Positions 27,117 to 37,197 of a stretch of 64,000 nt of DNA are shown piece by piece. The notes under the pieces are model-generated. The model worked only from the letters and a program-made list of their open reading frames with translations. It did not search any database and was not told where the DNA came from. The position numbers and the translations under genes were made by a program. Source of the stretch: an uncultured Actinomycetes bacterium (GTDB taxonomy: Bacteria; Actinomycetota; Thermoleophilia; Gaiellales; JAICJC01); contig CAWJLQ010000006.1 in assembly GCA_963843705.1 (NCBI GenBank), forward strand, positions 9,843 through 73,842. Direction: 5' to 3'. Numbering within the stretch: the stretch's first letter is position 1; every line of letters starts with the position of its first letter.

Positions 27117-28262
27117 ATGGGCGTGACCCGGCGGATGGCATTCGCGTGCGCGACGGCGCTCGCGGCCGCGCTCGCGGGCGGGGGGTCGGCGGTCGCGGCG
27201 GCGCCCGGCACGATGATGGCCTGGGGTAGCGACGCCGACGGCCAGCTCGGAAACGGCGCCGCCGGCGGGCACCTGCGCCCCGGGCCGGTCAGCGTCCTCA
27301 CGAACGTGACCGAGATGCACGGCGGGCGCGAGCACGTCGTCGTGCTGCGGCGCAGCGGCAAGGTGTGGGCGTGGGGCTTGAACAACGACGGCCAGGTCGG
27401 AGACGGCACACGGACGAACCGTGCCACGCCGGTGCCGGTGCAGGGGCTCGCGGGCGTCACCGACGTCGCCACCGGCCACTACACGAGCATGGCGCTCAGG
27501 AGCAACGGCACCGTGTGGATGTGGGGCCTCAACAACTTCGGCCAGCTCGGCAACGGCACGCACACCTCGAGCGACGTCCCCGTCCAGGTGAAGGGGCTCA
27601 CAGGCGTCGTCGCGATCGCGGGCGCGCGCGACCACTCGCTGGCGGTGAAGGCGAACGGCACGGTGTGGGCCTGGGGCGACAACGAGTTCGGGAATCTCGG
27701 CAACGGGTCGACCACGTCGAGCGCGGTGCCGGTGCAGGTCAAGGGCCTGAGCGACGTCGTGTTCGTGGCCGGCGGGCGCGACCACAGCATCGCGGTCGAG
27801 AAGAACGGCACCGTGTGGACGTGGGGCTGGAACGCCTACGGCCAGCTCGGCGACGGCACCAAGACCAACCGCGCCGTGCCGGTGCGCGTGGCCGGGGTGG
27901 CGCACGTCGTCATGGCGGCCGCCGGGGCGAACCACAGCATCGTCCTCACCCGTGGAGGCGGCGTGTGGGGGTGGGGCCAGAACAGCTTCGGTCAGGTCGG
28001 CGACGGGACCGGCGTCGGCCGGCTGCGCCCGGTGCACGTCGTGGGGCTCGCGAACGTCGTCTCCATCGGCACGGGCCGCCTGCACTCGCTCGCGATCGAG
28101 CAGAACGGCAGCGTGTGGGCGTGGGGCGACAACGACTTCGGCCAGCTCGGCGACGGGAACCAGGCGAACCGGCGCGCACCCGTGCACATCACCGGCATCG
28201 CCGGCGCCGAGGAGGTCGCCGGCGGGCGCGACTACAGCGCGGCCCTCGTGCGGTCGCCCTAG
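27117..28262 (+). CDS. Secreted RCC1-repeat beta-propeller protein
   Basis: A signal peptide is followed by seven W(A/G)WG.N..GQLG(D/N)G repeats. ATG 27117 follows GGGGAGG; in-frame GTG 27108 is an alternative. Confidence 0.92.
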   Translation: MGVTRRMAFACATALAAALAGGGSAVAAAPGTMMAWGSDADGQLGNGAAGGHLRPGPVSVLTNVTEMHGGREHVVVLRRSGKVWAWGLNNDGQVGDGTRTNRATPVPVQGLAGVTDVATGHYTSMALRSNGTVWMWGLNNFGQLGNGTHTSSDVPVQVKGLTGVVAIAGARDHSLAVKANGTVWAWGDNEFGNLGNGSTTSSAVPVQVKGLSDVVFVAGGRDHSIAVEKNGTVWTWGWNAYGQLGDGTKTNRAVPVRVAGVAHVVMAAAGANHSIVLTRGGGVWGWGQNSFGQVGDGTGVGRLRPVHVVGLANVVSIGTGRLHSLAIEQNGSVWAWGDNDFGQLGDGNQANRRAPVHITGIAGAEEVAGGRDYSAALVRSP

Positions 28263-28266
28263 ACGT

Positions 28267-29049
28267 TCAGGCGTCGCGCGTCGCCATGCGCCATCCGCCG
28301 GCGGCGAGCGGGAGGACGATCCAGCCCACGAGCACGGCGATCGCGGCGGCGAGCGAGACGTGGAGCGCCTGCGCCGCGTCGCCGCCGGCTCCGCCGGGGC
28401 CGGTGAAGGGCTGGACGCGCGTGGTCGCCGCCGAGAGCAGGAGCTCGCGCAGGACGCCGAGCTGGGAGATGTTCAGGACGAGCGGGGTCACCGCCAGCTG
28501 CCAGCCGAGCAGGACGCCGATCGCGATCCCGCGCGAGCCGATCAGGGAGGCGATCCCCATCGAGGCGACGGCGGCGATCCCGGTCACCATCAGCACCCAC
28601 AGCCCGTCCTTCACGATCGCCGTCGTTCCCGGCGTGGCCAGGCCGCCGGCGAACGCGAAGTCGAACGCGACCGCCACCGCATAGGCGACGAGCACGAGCG
28701 GCAGCCAGAAGAGCAGGATGCCGGGGATGCGCGCGGCGAAGAGGCCGATCCGCGAGCGTCCCGTGACGATCAGGTCGCGCATCACGCCGGCGGTGAGGTC
28801 GCTCGTGCCGACGGTCGCGCCGAGGATCGCGGCGGCGACGGAGCCGACGAAGCTGACCACCGTGATTCCGTGGCGCAGGTTCTGTGCGCCTCCGGCCGGG
28901 CCGTTGTGCACGGAGTCGTTCAGGTGGAATCCCTGCGCGATCAGGTAGAGCGCGCAGACGGCGCCGGTCGTCATCAGCACCATCCACACCATCAGGGCGC
29001 GATTCTTGCGCAGCCGCAGCACCTCGGCGCTGACCATGCGCGTGTTCAC
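28267..29049 (-). CDS. ABC-2 type transporter permease
   Basis: Six hydrophobic segments. GTG 29049 forms a GTGA overlap with the upstream ATPase stop. Confidence 0.85.
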   Translation of the reverse strand: MNTRMVSAEVLRLRKNRALMVWMVLMTTGAVCALYLIAQGFHLNDSVHNGPAGGAQNLRHGITVVSFVGSVAAAILGATVGTSDLTAGVMRDLIVTGRSRIGLFAARIPGILLFWLPLVLVAYAVAVAFDFAFAGGLATPGTTAIVKDGLWVLMVTGIAAVASMGIASLIGSRGIAIGVLLGWQLAVTPLVLNISQLGVLRELLLSAATTRVQPFTGPGGAGGDAAQALHVSLAAAIAVLVGWIVLPLAAGGWRMATRDA

Positions 29050-29996
29050 GCGGGCGCCCCCAGCCTGGAGGTGACCTCGAGGAAGCGCTCCTCCAGGGAC
29101 ACGCGGGCCGGCTCCAGCCGGTGCACGGCGATGCCGGCTTCGACCAGGCGCCGGTTCACGTCGGCGATCGCCTCGTCCGAGCCGTCGGCGAGCACGACCC
29201 GCAGCCCGTCGTCGGCCTCCGCCGCGTCGGCCACGGCGGGATGGTCGCCCAGCATCAGCCGGGCCGCGGCGGGGTCGTCGCATCCGATCGCGATCGTCGG
29301 CCGGCCTCCGGCGGCCAGCTCGGCCACCGTCCCCTGCATGAGGATGCGGCCGCGGTCGACGATCGCGACCATGTCGCAGATCTTCTCCACCTCGTCCAGC
29401 AGGTGCGAGGAGAGGAACACCGTGCGGCCCTCGTCGATCATGCCGCGGACGAAGCTCCGGAACTCGGTGATGCCCGCCGGGTCGAGCCCGTTGGTCGGCT
29501 CGTCGAGGATCAGGAGCTCCGGATCGGCCAGCAGGCAGCGGGCGATGCCGAGCCGCTGGCGCATGCCCATCGAGTAGGTCTTCACCCGGTCGTCGGCGCG
29601 CTCGGTCATGCCGACACGGTCGAGCGCCGCCGGGATGCGGGCGTCCGCGTCGGGCTCGCGGCATGCGGCGGCGATGCGCAGGTTCTCGCGGCCGGTCAGG
29701 TGGCCGTGGAAGCGCGGCTCCTCGACGATCGCTCCGACCCGGGCGAGCGCCTCGGCGCGCCGCTCGGGCACGGGCAGGCCGAGCAGCCGCATCTCGCCGG
29801 CGGACGCATGCGTCAGTCCGAGCAGCGTCCTGATCAGGGTCGTCTTGCCCGCGCCGTTCGGCCCCAGGAATCCGAACGACACCCCTCGGGGAACGTGCAG
29901 CTCGGCCTCCGCGAGGGCGACCCTGTCGCCGAACCGCTTCGTCAGGCCGGTGGTCTCGATTGCGGGGGCGCCGCCGGTCACATCTGTCTCGCCCAT
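29046..29996 (-). CDS. ABC transporter ATP-binding protein
   Basis: Walker A GPNGAGKTT, signature YSMGMRQRL, Walker B LLILDEPTNGLD. Confidence 0.95.
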   Translation of the reverse strand: MGETDVTGGAPAIETTGLTKRFGDRVALAEAELHVPRGVSFGFLGPNGAGKTTLIRTLLGLTHASAGEMRLLGLPVPERRAEALARVGAIVEEPRFHGHLTGRENLRIAAACREPDADARIPAALDRVGMTERADDRVKTYSMGMRQRLGIARCLLADPELLILDEPTNGLDPAGITEFRSFVRGMIDEGRTVFLSSHLLDEVEKICDMVAIVDRGRILMQGTVAELAAGGRPTIAIGCDDPAAARLMLGDHPAVADAAEADDGLRVVLADGSDEAIADVNRRLVEAGIAVHRLEPARVSLEERFLEVTSRLGAPA

Positions 29997-30114
29997 GCGT
30001 TCCCAGCGTAGCCCCGCCGGAGCGCGGTGCGACGGCCGCCGCGCAATCCGGCTCCAATCTGCCCGCCGGCGAGGGGCGCGCGCCCGGCGCGCCCCTCGTC
30101 CACGCCGGCCGTTG

Positions 30115-31281
30115 CTAGCCCTTCGCGTACCGCGGCACCCAGAGCGTCGCGTGCACCTCGCCGAGCGTCAGCGTGCCGGTGTCGAACAGCACGGCGAGCG
30201 GGGACGCGGCCGGGGTCAGGGTGCCCCGGTAGCGCAGGTTGGTGTACCGGTGCGTGTGACCCTCCCAGACGCAGGAGTGTCCCGGCGAGACGCGCGGCTT
30301 GCCCGTCGCGTGGAAGGCCGCCGCGCCGCCCATGAACGGCACTCCCTGCGTCCGCACCGCCATGTGCATCCCGTCCCCGGTGTGCACCGGGGCGGGCATG
30401 TCGGCGCCGGGGCCGAGCCCGATCGCGAAGTGGCCGGTGCCGGTCGGGCCGAACGGGTTCGACTCGACGTCGCCGACCTGCACCAGCCGGCCGCGGCGGT
30501 AGCCGAGCTGGCTCACCCAGAACGTCGTCAGCGACGTGTGCTGGAGCGTCGGCCCCGTGCACGGGAAGCGGAACACCCGCGCCGCCTGCACGAACGACGA
30601 GCAGCCGGGGTCGTGGACCACGGTCGCCGTCGCCGGCGCGGTGGTGATGTCGCCGAAGAACGGGACGGTGCCGGTGGCGACCTTGAAGGTGGCCGCCGAG
30701 AGCGTGCCGGTGGCGACCTGGAACGTGCCGCGGCCGCCCGTGGCGAGCGTGCACGGCGTCTGCACGACCGAGCCGGTGGCGTGGAAGCGCATGTCGATCG
30801 CGCTCGGGGCGATGCCCGTGCCGGTCTTCAGGTGGGCGTGCGTGAGGGCGGGGTTCGTCGTCAGCGTGAGGCCGCTGAGCGGGGCGTAGTCGTAGGAGTG
30901 GTCCTGCTCGCCGGTGAGCATCCCGCCTCCGGCCGTCGTGCGGTCGAGCTGGACGTCGAGCTGCGGCGCCTGGTCGAACGCGGCCGGCCAGTTGAACGCG
31001 CTCAGATAGAGCGTGTAGGTCACGCCGTTCACCGTGACGTCCTCGGGGTCGGCGTAGAGCTGGGTCGAGTCGAGGCTGAGCGAGCCCGCGGCGTGCGGCA
31101 GGAAGCGCGCCATCCGCCGGGCCAGCACGCTCGGGAGCGAGACGGCCGGCAGCAGCCGTGGCGTGAACGCGTGCATCCGCGCCGCATGCGTCGCGGCCGT
31201 GGCCGGCGCGCCCGTCGCGGCCAGCGTCGCAGCGGCGACCGCCATCGCCGCCGCCATCCTCGTGAACCTGATCCGTCGCAC
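30115..31281 (-). CDS. Secreted hypothetical protein (388 aa)
   Basis: GTG 31281 is preceded by GGAGGCGGAGGGAG. It has a Tat/Sec-like leader (VRRIRFTRMAAAMAVAAATLAATGAPATA) and a Thr/Gly-rich beta-type body. I recognise no family. Confidence 0.7.
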   Translation of the reverse strand: MRRIRFTRMAAAMAVAAATLAATGAPATAATHAARMHAFTPRLLPAVSLPSVLARRMARFLPHAAGSLSLDSTQLYADPEDVTVNGVTYTLYLSAFNWPAAFDQAPQLDVQLDRTTAGGGMLTGEQDHSYDYAPLSGLTLTTNPALTHAHLKTGTGIAPSAIDMRFHATGSVVQTPCTLATGGRGTFQVATGTLSAATFKVATGTVPFFGDITTAPATATVVHDPGCSSFVQAARVFRFPCTGPTLQHTSLTTFWVSQLGYRRGRLVQVGDVESNPFGPTGTGHFAIGLGPGADMPAPVHTGDGMHMAVRTQGVPFMGGAAAFHATGKPRVSPGHSCVWEGHTHRYTNLRYRGTLTPAASPLAVLFDTGTLTLGEVHATLWVPRYAKG

Positions 31282-31358
31282 GTTCGCTCCCTCCGCCTCC
31301 GTTGCCTCGAATGTACAGGCACCTGACAAACGTGCAAATCTTCCACATCAAGCTGTCT

Positions 31359-32591
31359 TCAATCCAGCAGAACCGGCTCGGGGGCGAGGTCGTCGAACCG
31401 GTCGATCGTGCGCAGCTCCGGGAACCGCCAGGCCCAGACGGCCGCGACGGCGATCGACGCCGCGCCGCCCAGGACGACCGCCGGCACCGCGCCCAGCACG
31501 GCCGCCGCCGCGCCGGACTCGAAGGCGCCGAGCTCGTTCGACGCGCCGATGAAGACGCGCTCGACGGCGCTCACCCGGCCGCGCAGCGCCGGCGGCGTGA
31601 GCAGCGGCGAGAGGGTGCTGCGCACGACCATGCTGACCATGTCGGCGCCGGCCAGGGCCGCCAGCGCGAGCAGCGACAGCACGAAGCTGCGCGACAGCCC
31701 GAAGACGACGGTGAACGCGCCGAAGAGCGCCACGACGGTGAAGAGCGTGCCGCCGACGCGGCGGCGCAGGGGTCGGGCCGAGATGCACGCCCCGACCACG
31801 ACGGCGCCCACCCCCGGGGCGGCGCGCAGGAGCCCGTTCCCGGTCGCGCCGACGTGGAGGATGTCGCGCGCGAACACGGGCAGGAGCGCGGTCGCGCCCC
31901 CGAACAGCACCGCCATCAGGTCGAGCGAGATCGCGCCGAGCAGCGGACGGCTGCGGAAGATCAGCCGCACGCCGTCGAGCACGTCCTGCAGCTCGGGCTC
32001 GTGCTCGCCGACGTGCGCGATCCCGGCGGCGCGCGGGACCAGCGGCATCAGCGCCGCCGCGGCGGCGGCGAACGCCGCCCCGAACAGGTACGGCGCGGGC
32101 GCGCCGAGCGACTGCGTGATGCCGCCGAGCGCCGGTCCCGCGACCATCGCCGCCTGCCCGGCGGAGGTGACCATGGCGAACGTGCGCGAGAGGTCGGCGC
32201 TCTCGATCCCGCCTGCGAGCAGCGGCCCCAGGGTCGGCCCCACGAAGGCGTTGCCCACCCCCCAGCCGAAGGCGAGCACGTAGAGCGGCCAGACGGCGGT
32301 GTCGCCCGCGCCCGCGTCGAGCGCGAGCGCGGCGGCGATCGCGGTGGAGAAGACCAATCCGGCGCCTGCAACCGTGCGCCGGTCGTGGCGGTCGATGACG
32401 TGTCCGGCGGGCAGGGCGAGCAGGACGGCGGGGACGAACTCGGCCAGGCCGAGCAGCCCCAGCACGAGCGGATCGTGCCGGCGGGCGTAGGCCTGCCATC
32501 CGAGTGCGGTTGCCACGGCGCCGAGCGCAAGGCTCGAGAGCAGCTCGACCGCCACCATCACGGTGACCATGCGGTTCTCCGCCCGGAGCAT
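31359..32591 (-). CDS. MFS transporter
   Basis: About 12 TM helices, starting MLRAENRMVTVMVAVELLSSLALGAV.... The long upstream ORF extension is junk antisense to the adjacent synthetase. Confidence 0.85.
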   Translation of the reverse strand: MLRAENRMVTVMVAVELLSSLALGAVATALGWQAYARRHDPLVLGLLGLAEFVPAVLLALPAGHVIDRHDRRTVAGAGLVFSTAIAAALALDAGAGDTAVWPLYVLAFGWGVGNAFVGPTLGPLLAGGIESADLSRTFAMVTSAGQAAMVAGPALGGITQSLGAPAPYLFGAAFAAAAAALMPLVPRAAGIAHVGEHEPELQDVLDGVRLIFRSRPLLGAISLDLMAVLFGGATALLPVFARDILHVGATGNGLLRAAPGVGAVVVGACISARPLRRRVGGTLFTVVALFGAFTVVFGLSRSFVLSLLALAALAGADMVSMVVRSTLSPLLTPPALRGRVSAVERVFIGASNELGAFESGAAAAVLGAVPAVVLGGAASIAVAAVWAWRFPELRTIDRFDDLAPEPVLLD

Positions 32592-32635
32592 CAGCGGCAC
32601 TCTACGGTGCCGGCGGGACCGCCAGCGGCGCGGCG

Positions 32636-34534
32636 TCAGGCCGGCCGGCGGCGGGGTGTGAGCACCGCCGCGATCTCGTCCAGCACGGCTGGATCCTCGA
32701 TCGTCGACGGCGGCGTCACGTCGCGCCCCTCGGCCATGGCCCGCATCGTCGCCCGCAGGATCTTCCCCGACCGCGTCTTCGGCAGCCGCTGCACGATGCG
32801 CGAGTCGCGGAAGTAGGCGACGGCGCCGATCCGGTCGCGCACCATCGCCACCAGCTCGGCGCGCAGCTCGTCGGGGTCGCGCTCCGAGCCCGCCTTGAGC
32901 ACGACGAGCCCGAGCGGGACGTGGCCGCGCAGCTCGTCGGGGATCGCGAACACCGCGCACTCGGCCACGTCCTCGTGGGAGGCGACCACCTCCTCGATCG
33001 CCCCCGTCGACAGGCGGTGGCCGGCGACGTTGATGACGTCGTCGATGCGGCCCATCACGAACAGGTAGCCGTCGGCGTCGAGCATCCCGCCGTCGCCCGT
33101 CGTGTAGTGGCCCGGAAAGGCCGTCAGGTAGCCGGTGCGGAAGCGCTCGTCGTCGCCCCACAGGGTCGGCAGCGTGCCCGGCGGGAGCGGCAGGCGGATG
33201 GCGATCGCCCCCTCCTCGCCCGGGTCGGCGGCGGTGCCGTCGGCGCGCAGGATGCGCACGTCGTAGCCGGGCACCGCGCGGGTCGGCGAGCCCGCCTTCA
33301 CGGGCAGGCGCTCCACGCCCAGGCAGCTGGCCGCGATCGGCCAGCCGGTCTCGGTCTGCCACCAGTGGTCGATCACCGGGCGCCCGCCGAGGACGCGCGT
33401 CGCCCAGTGATAGGTGTCCGGATCGAGCCGCTCGCCGGCCAGGAACAGCGACTCGAAGCGCGACAGGTCGTACCGGCCGACGTGCTCGCCGTCCGGATCC
33501 TCCTTGCGGATCGCCCGGATCGCGGTCGGGGCGGTGAAGAGCGTGCGCACGCCGTGGTCGGCGGCGACGCGCCAGAACGCGCCCGGGTCGGGCGTGCCCA
33601 CGGGCTTGCCCTCGTACATGACGCTCGTGCACCCGACCAGCAGCGGTGCGTACACGATGTAGGAGTGGCCGACGACCCAGCCGACGTCGGAAGCGGTGAA
33701 GAAGACGTCGCCCGCGTGCAGGTCGTAGACGTTGGCCATGCTCCAGGCGAGGGCGACGGCATGGCCGCCGTTGTCGCGCACGACGCCCTTGGGCCGGCCG
33801 GTCGTCCCCGAGGTGTAGAGGATGTAGAGCGGGTCGGTGGCCGCGACCGGCACCGGGGCGGCCGGAGCGGCCGCGGCGACGGTCTCGCGCCAGTCCAGGT
33901 CGCGGCCGGGCGTCATCGCCGCCTCCGCCTGCGGCCGGGCGAGCACGACGACGTGCTCGGGGCGGTGGACGGCCAGCTCGAGGGCGCGGTCGAGCAACGG
34001 CTTGTAGGCGATCACCCGGCTGACCTCGATCCCGCACGACGCCGACAGGACGACCTTCGGCCGGGCGTCGTCGATGCGCACGGCCAGCTCGTTCGCGGCA
34101 AACCCGCCGAACACGACGGAGTGGATGGCGCCGATGCGGGCGCAGGCGAGCATCGCGATCGCCGCCTCGGGCACCATCGGCATGTAGATCACGACCCGGT
34201 CGCCCCGGCCGACGCCCAGCCCGGCGAGCATACCCGCCGTCCACGCCACCTCGTCGCGCAGCTCACGGTAGGTGAAGCGGCGCACGCTGCCCGTGACCGG
34301 GCTGTCGTGGATCAGCGCCGGGCGATCGCCGTGGCCGGCGTCGACGTGCCGGTCGAGCGCGTTCTCGCAGGTGTTCATCACGCCGCCGGTGAACCAGCGG
34401 TAGAACGGCGCCGCCGAGTCGTCGAGCACGCGCTCCGGGCGCGTGCGCCACGTGATGGCCTCCGCCGCCTCGCCCCAGAATCCGTCGGGATCGGCAAGGC
34501 TTCTGGCGTGCAGGGCTGCCGTGCGATCGGTCAC
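32636..34534 (-). CDS. prpE: Propionyl-CoA/acyl-CoA synthetase (AMP-forming, PrpE-like)
   Basis: Motifs SLADPDGFWGEAAEAI, YTSGTTGRPKG, IHSVVFGGFAANELAVRIDDARPKVVLSAS, YTTGD and LPKTRSGKILR; about 632 aa. The GTG 34534 start has no clear SD sequence. Confidence 0.85.
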   Translation of the reverse strand: MTDRTAALHARSLADPDGFWGEAAEAITWRTRPERVLDDSAAPFYRWFTGGVMNTCENALDRHVDAGHGDRPALIHDSPVTGSVRRFTYRELRDEVAWTAGMLAGLGVGRGDRVVIYMPMVPEAAIAMLACARIGAIHSVVFGGFAANELAVRIDDARPKVVLSASCGIEVSRVIAYKPLLDRALELAVHRPEHVVVLARPQAEAAMTPGRDLDWRETVAAAAPAAPVPVAATDPLYILYTSGTTGRPKGVVRDNGGHAVALAWSMANVYDLHAGDVFFTASDVGWVVGHSYIVYAPLLVGCTSVMYEGKPVGTPDPGAFWRVAADHGVRTLFTAPTAIRAIRKEDPDGEHVGRYDLSRFESLFLAGERLDPDTYHWATRVLGGRPVIDHWWQTETGWPIAASCLGVERLPVKAGSPTRAVPGYDVRILRADGTAADPGEEGAIAIRLPLPPGTLPTLWGDDERFRTGYLTAFPGHYTTGDGGMLDADGYLFVMGRIDDVINVAGHRLSTGAIEEVVASHEDVAECAVFAIPDELRGHVPLGLVVLKAGSERDPDELRAELVAMVRDRIGAVAYFRDSRIVQRLPKTRSGKILRATMRAMAEGRDVTPPSTIEDPAVLDEIAAVLTPRRRPA

Positions 34535-34669
34535 GCGGAGGCGAGTGTACCAGCGGCAACGAGGTCGCCTGAGCCGGAAAAACCTGGAAAAACCCCTCAT
34601 CCGGCGGAGGCAGCGTACGTCGATCCGGGGAGGGGCCGCGTCCGCGGACGGATCTAGCATCCTTTCACG

Positions 34670-35896
34670 GTGCACGGACAGACGACGACCCACGGTGGCG
34701 CCTCACCGGCGCGCATGTCTGCGCCGGTGGTCGCCGCGCGGCCCCGGCGGATCCGGCTGCTCGTGATCGAGCCGGACGAGGTCGCGGTGCGCCAGCTCCA
34801 GCACGAGATCGAGGCCGCCGCGAGCATCTTCGACGTGACGGCGGCCGGCACGCTGGACGACGGCCTCTCCCAGCTGGAGGCCGCGGGAGCCGATGCCGTG
34901 CTCGTCGACCTCGCCCTTCCCGACAGCGGCTTGCGCACGCTCGAGGCGCTGCGCGACGCCGCGGCCGATCTGCCGATCGTCGTGCTCGCCGGGCGAGACG
35001 ACGAGGAGCTGGCGCTGCGTGCGCTCGGTGCGGGCGCGAGCGACTACCTGCCGAAGGGGCGGGCGAGCGGCGAGCTGGTCGCGCGTTCCGTGCAGTACGC
35101 GATCGAGCGTGAGCGCCTGCTCGCCGCCGAGCGCGAGTCGCGCCGCGACGCGGAGGCCGCACGCGACACGGCGCTGCGCGCCCAGCATGCGCTGGAGACG
35201 AGCGAGCACCGCCGCCGGACGCTGCTCGGCTCGATGCTGCGCGCCGAGGAGGCGGAGCGGCAGCGGATCGCGCTCGAGCTGCACGACGACACCGTCCAGG
35301 TGATGGTCGCCGCGCTCGTGGGCATGGACGCCTGCCAGGCGACCATCGACCGTGAGGACATGGGCGGCGCGGCGGAGAGCATGGCGCGTACGCGGGCGAC
35401 GCTGTCGGAGGCGGTCGACCGCGTGCGGCGGATGAGCTTTGACCTGCGGCCGCCGCTGCTCGACGCGCAGGGCCTCGGCCCCGCGGTCACCCACCTGATC
35501 GCCGAGGCCGGCGCCGACTGCGGCCTCGAGACGACGGTGGACGTGACCGTGCGCCGGTACGCGCCCGAGATCGAGATCCTGGCGTACCGCACCCTGCGCG
35601 AGCTGGTCGCGAACGTGCGCAGGCATGCGCACGCGCGCAGCCTCGAGCTGCGCCTGCACGAGCGGGCCGCGGCGCTCGTCTGCGTGCTCGCCGACGACGG
35701 CGTCGGGTTCGACCCGTCCCGGTTCGAGCGCGCCGCCGGCCGGCGCGGGCCGGGGCCGCATCTCGGCCTCGACGCCACCATCGAGCGCGTACGGATCGCC
35801 GGCGGGACCTTCGCCATCGAGTCTGCCGCGGGCGGCGGGACGACGGTGCGGTTCAGCCTGCCGATCCACCGCCAGGGGGACGTCCGCGCCGAGTAG
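34670..35896 (+). CDS. Hybrid receiver-histidine kinase (REC + HisKA_3 + HATPase_c)
   Basis: Receiver RLLVIEPDE...AVLVDLALPD...PIVVLAG. HisKA_3 H-box is IALELHDDTVQ and the ATPase motifs are LADDGVGF and GGTFAIES. The start could be the internal ATG at 34715. Confidence 0.88.
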   Translation: MHGQTTTHGGASPARMSAPVVAARPRRIRLLVIEPDEVAVRQLQHEIEAAASIFDVTAAGTLDDGLSQLEAAGADAVLVDLALPDSGLRTLEALRDAAADLPIVVLAGRDDEELALRALGAGASDYLPKGRASGELVARSVQYAIERERLLAAERESRRDAEAARDTALRAQHALETSEHRRRTLLGSMLRAEEAERQRIALELHDDTVQVMVAALVGMDACQATIDREDMGGAAESMARTRATLSEAVDRVRRMSFDLRPPLLDAQGLGPAVTHLIAEAGADCGLETTVDVTVRRYAPEIEILAYRTLRELVANVRRHAHARSLELRLHERAAALVCVLADDGVGFDPSRFERAAGRRGPGPHLGLDATIERVRIAGGTFAIESAAGGGTTVRFSLPIHRQGDVRAE

Positions 35897-36027
35897 CCGC
35901 GGTCCGGCCTCCGGCGGCGCTTTGTTGGACCATGCTTGACACGACGCTTGCGCGGTTCCCGCGTCGCTCTACGCTGGAGGAAGCCCGAGGCAGGGCGTCC
36001 AGGCTTTCCAACCACCGGGGAGGGGTC

Positions 36028-37197
36028 ATGCGGAGAGCGTCAGCGTGGGTGTGGGTGACGGCGGCTGCGGCAGCAGCGATGCTGGCGGGGCCGGCGGCGG
36101 CACAGGCGGCGCCCACCACGACCCTCGGCAGCGCTCCCGTCGCCACCTGGCAGGCGGAGGGGCGCGTGAGCGTGATCGCGATCGCGAACGGCATCGCCTA
36201 TCTGGGCGGCTCGTTCACGACCCTCACCTCGCACGGCACACGGCAGACCGTGACGCGCGAGCATCTTGCGGCCGTCAACGAGTCGACGGGCCGGCCGACC
36301 GCATGGAATCCGAATGTGAACGGTGCGGTGCACGCCCTTCGGGTGGTCGGAAACCGGGTCTACGTCGGCGGGAAGTTCACGTCGGTCGGAGGCCACGCCG
36401 TCCGCAACCTGGCGGTCGTCAGCCGCTCGACCGGCAAGCTGGTGACGTCGTTCCGCGGCGCCGCCAACGGCGAGGTCGACGCGATGGCGGCCTCGGCGAC
36501 GCGGCTCTACCTGGGCGGCAGCTTCTCCCGCGTCGACGGCGTCGCGCGCCGCAACCTGGCGTCGGTCGGGCTCGCCCGCGGCGGTCTGGCGTCGGCGTGG
36601 CGCGCGGCCGCGAACGGCCCGGTGCACGTGCTGCTCGGCGATCCGGCGGCGGGCCGGATCTTCGTCGGCGGCCACTTCAGCGCGGTGGACGGCGCCTCGC
36701 GACCGTTCCTCGCCGCCGTCGGCGGGAAGAAGGGCGGAGTATTCGCGTGGAGCACAGCCCCGCTCGGCCAGGTGTGGTCGCTCGCCCTCGGCTCGACCTC
36801 GCTCTACGCGGCGGTCGGCGGCCACGAGGGCGGCCAGCTCGACGCGTACGACCCGGCCACCGGCCGCCGGCGCTGGAGCCGGTTCGCAGACGGCGACGTG
36901 CAGGCGGTCGCGCTGGCCGGCAGCGAGGTGCTCGCGGGCGGCCACTTCCTGAACGCCTGCGGCGACACGGCCGGCGCGCCCGGCGGCGGCAGCCCGTGGG
37001 TGTGCACGGCGCCCGTCCAGCGCGAGCGCTTCTTCGCCACCGACGCCGGCGGGGCGATCCAGCCGTGGAATCCCGGCGGGAACAGCCTCTACGGCGTCTG
37101 GGCGCTGCGCGCCGATGCGACGCACGTCGACGCCGGCGGCGACTTCACGCTGGTGGACGGCGCGCACCAGGCGCGCTACGCCGAGTTCCTGCGCTAG
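36028..37197 (+). CDS. Secreted beta-propeller repeat protein
   Basis: ATG 36028 follows GGGGAGGGG. A signal peptide (…MLAGPAAAQA) is followed by repeated V.AL...G..VYVGG.F..V.G..R..LA units of about 45 aa. Confidence 0.8.
   Translation: MRRASAWVWVTAAAAAAMLAGPAAAQAAPTTTLGSAPVATWQAEGRVSVIAIANGIAYLGGSFTTLTSHGTRQTVTREHLAAVNESTGRPTAWNPNVNGAVHALRVVGNRVYVGGKFTSVGGHAVRNLAVVSRSTGKLVTSFRGAANGEVDAMAASATRLYLGGSFSRVDGVARRNLASVGLARGGLASAWRAAANGPVHVLLGDPAAGRIFVGGHFSAVDGASRPFLAAVGGKKGGVFAWSTAPLGQVWSLALGSTSLYAAVGGHEGGQLDAYDPATGRRRWSRFADGDVQAVALAGSEVLAGGHFLNACGDTAGAPGGGSPWVCTAPVQRERFFATDAGGAIQPWNPGGNSLYGVWALRADATHVDAGGDFTLVDGAHQARYAEFLR

Noticed and set aside
32636-34534. Possible functional link between the prpE-like propionyl-CoA synthetase and the propionyl-CoA-producing BMC.
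   Set aside because: It is 13 kb away on the opposite strand with many unrelated genes in between. There is no evidence of shared regulation in the sequence.
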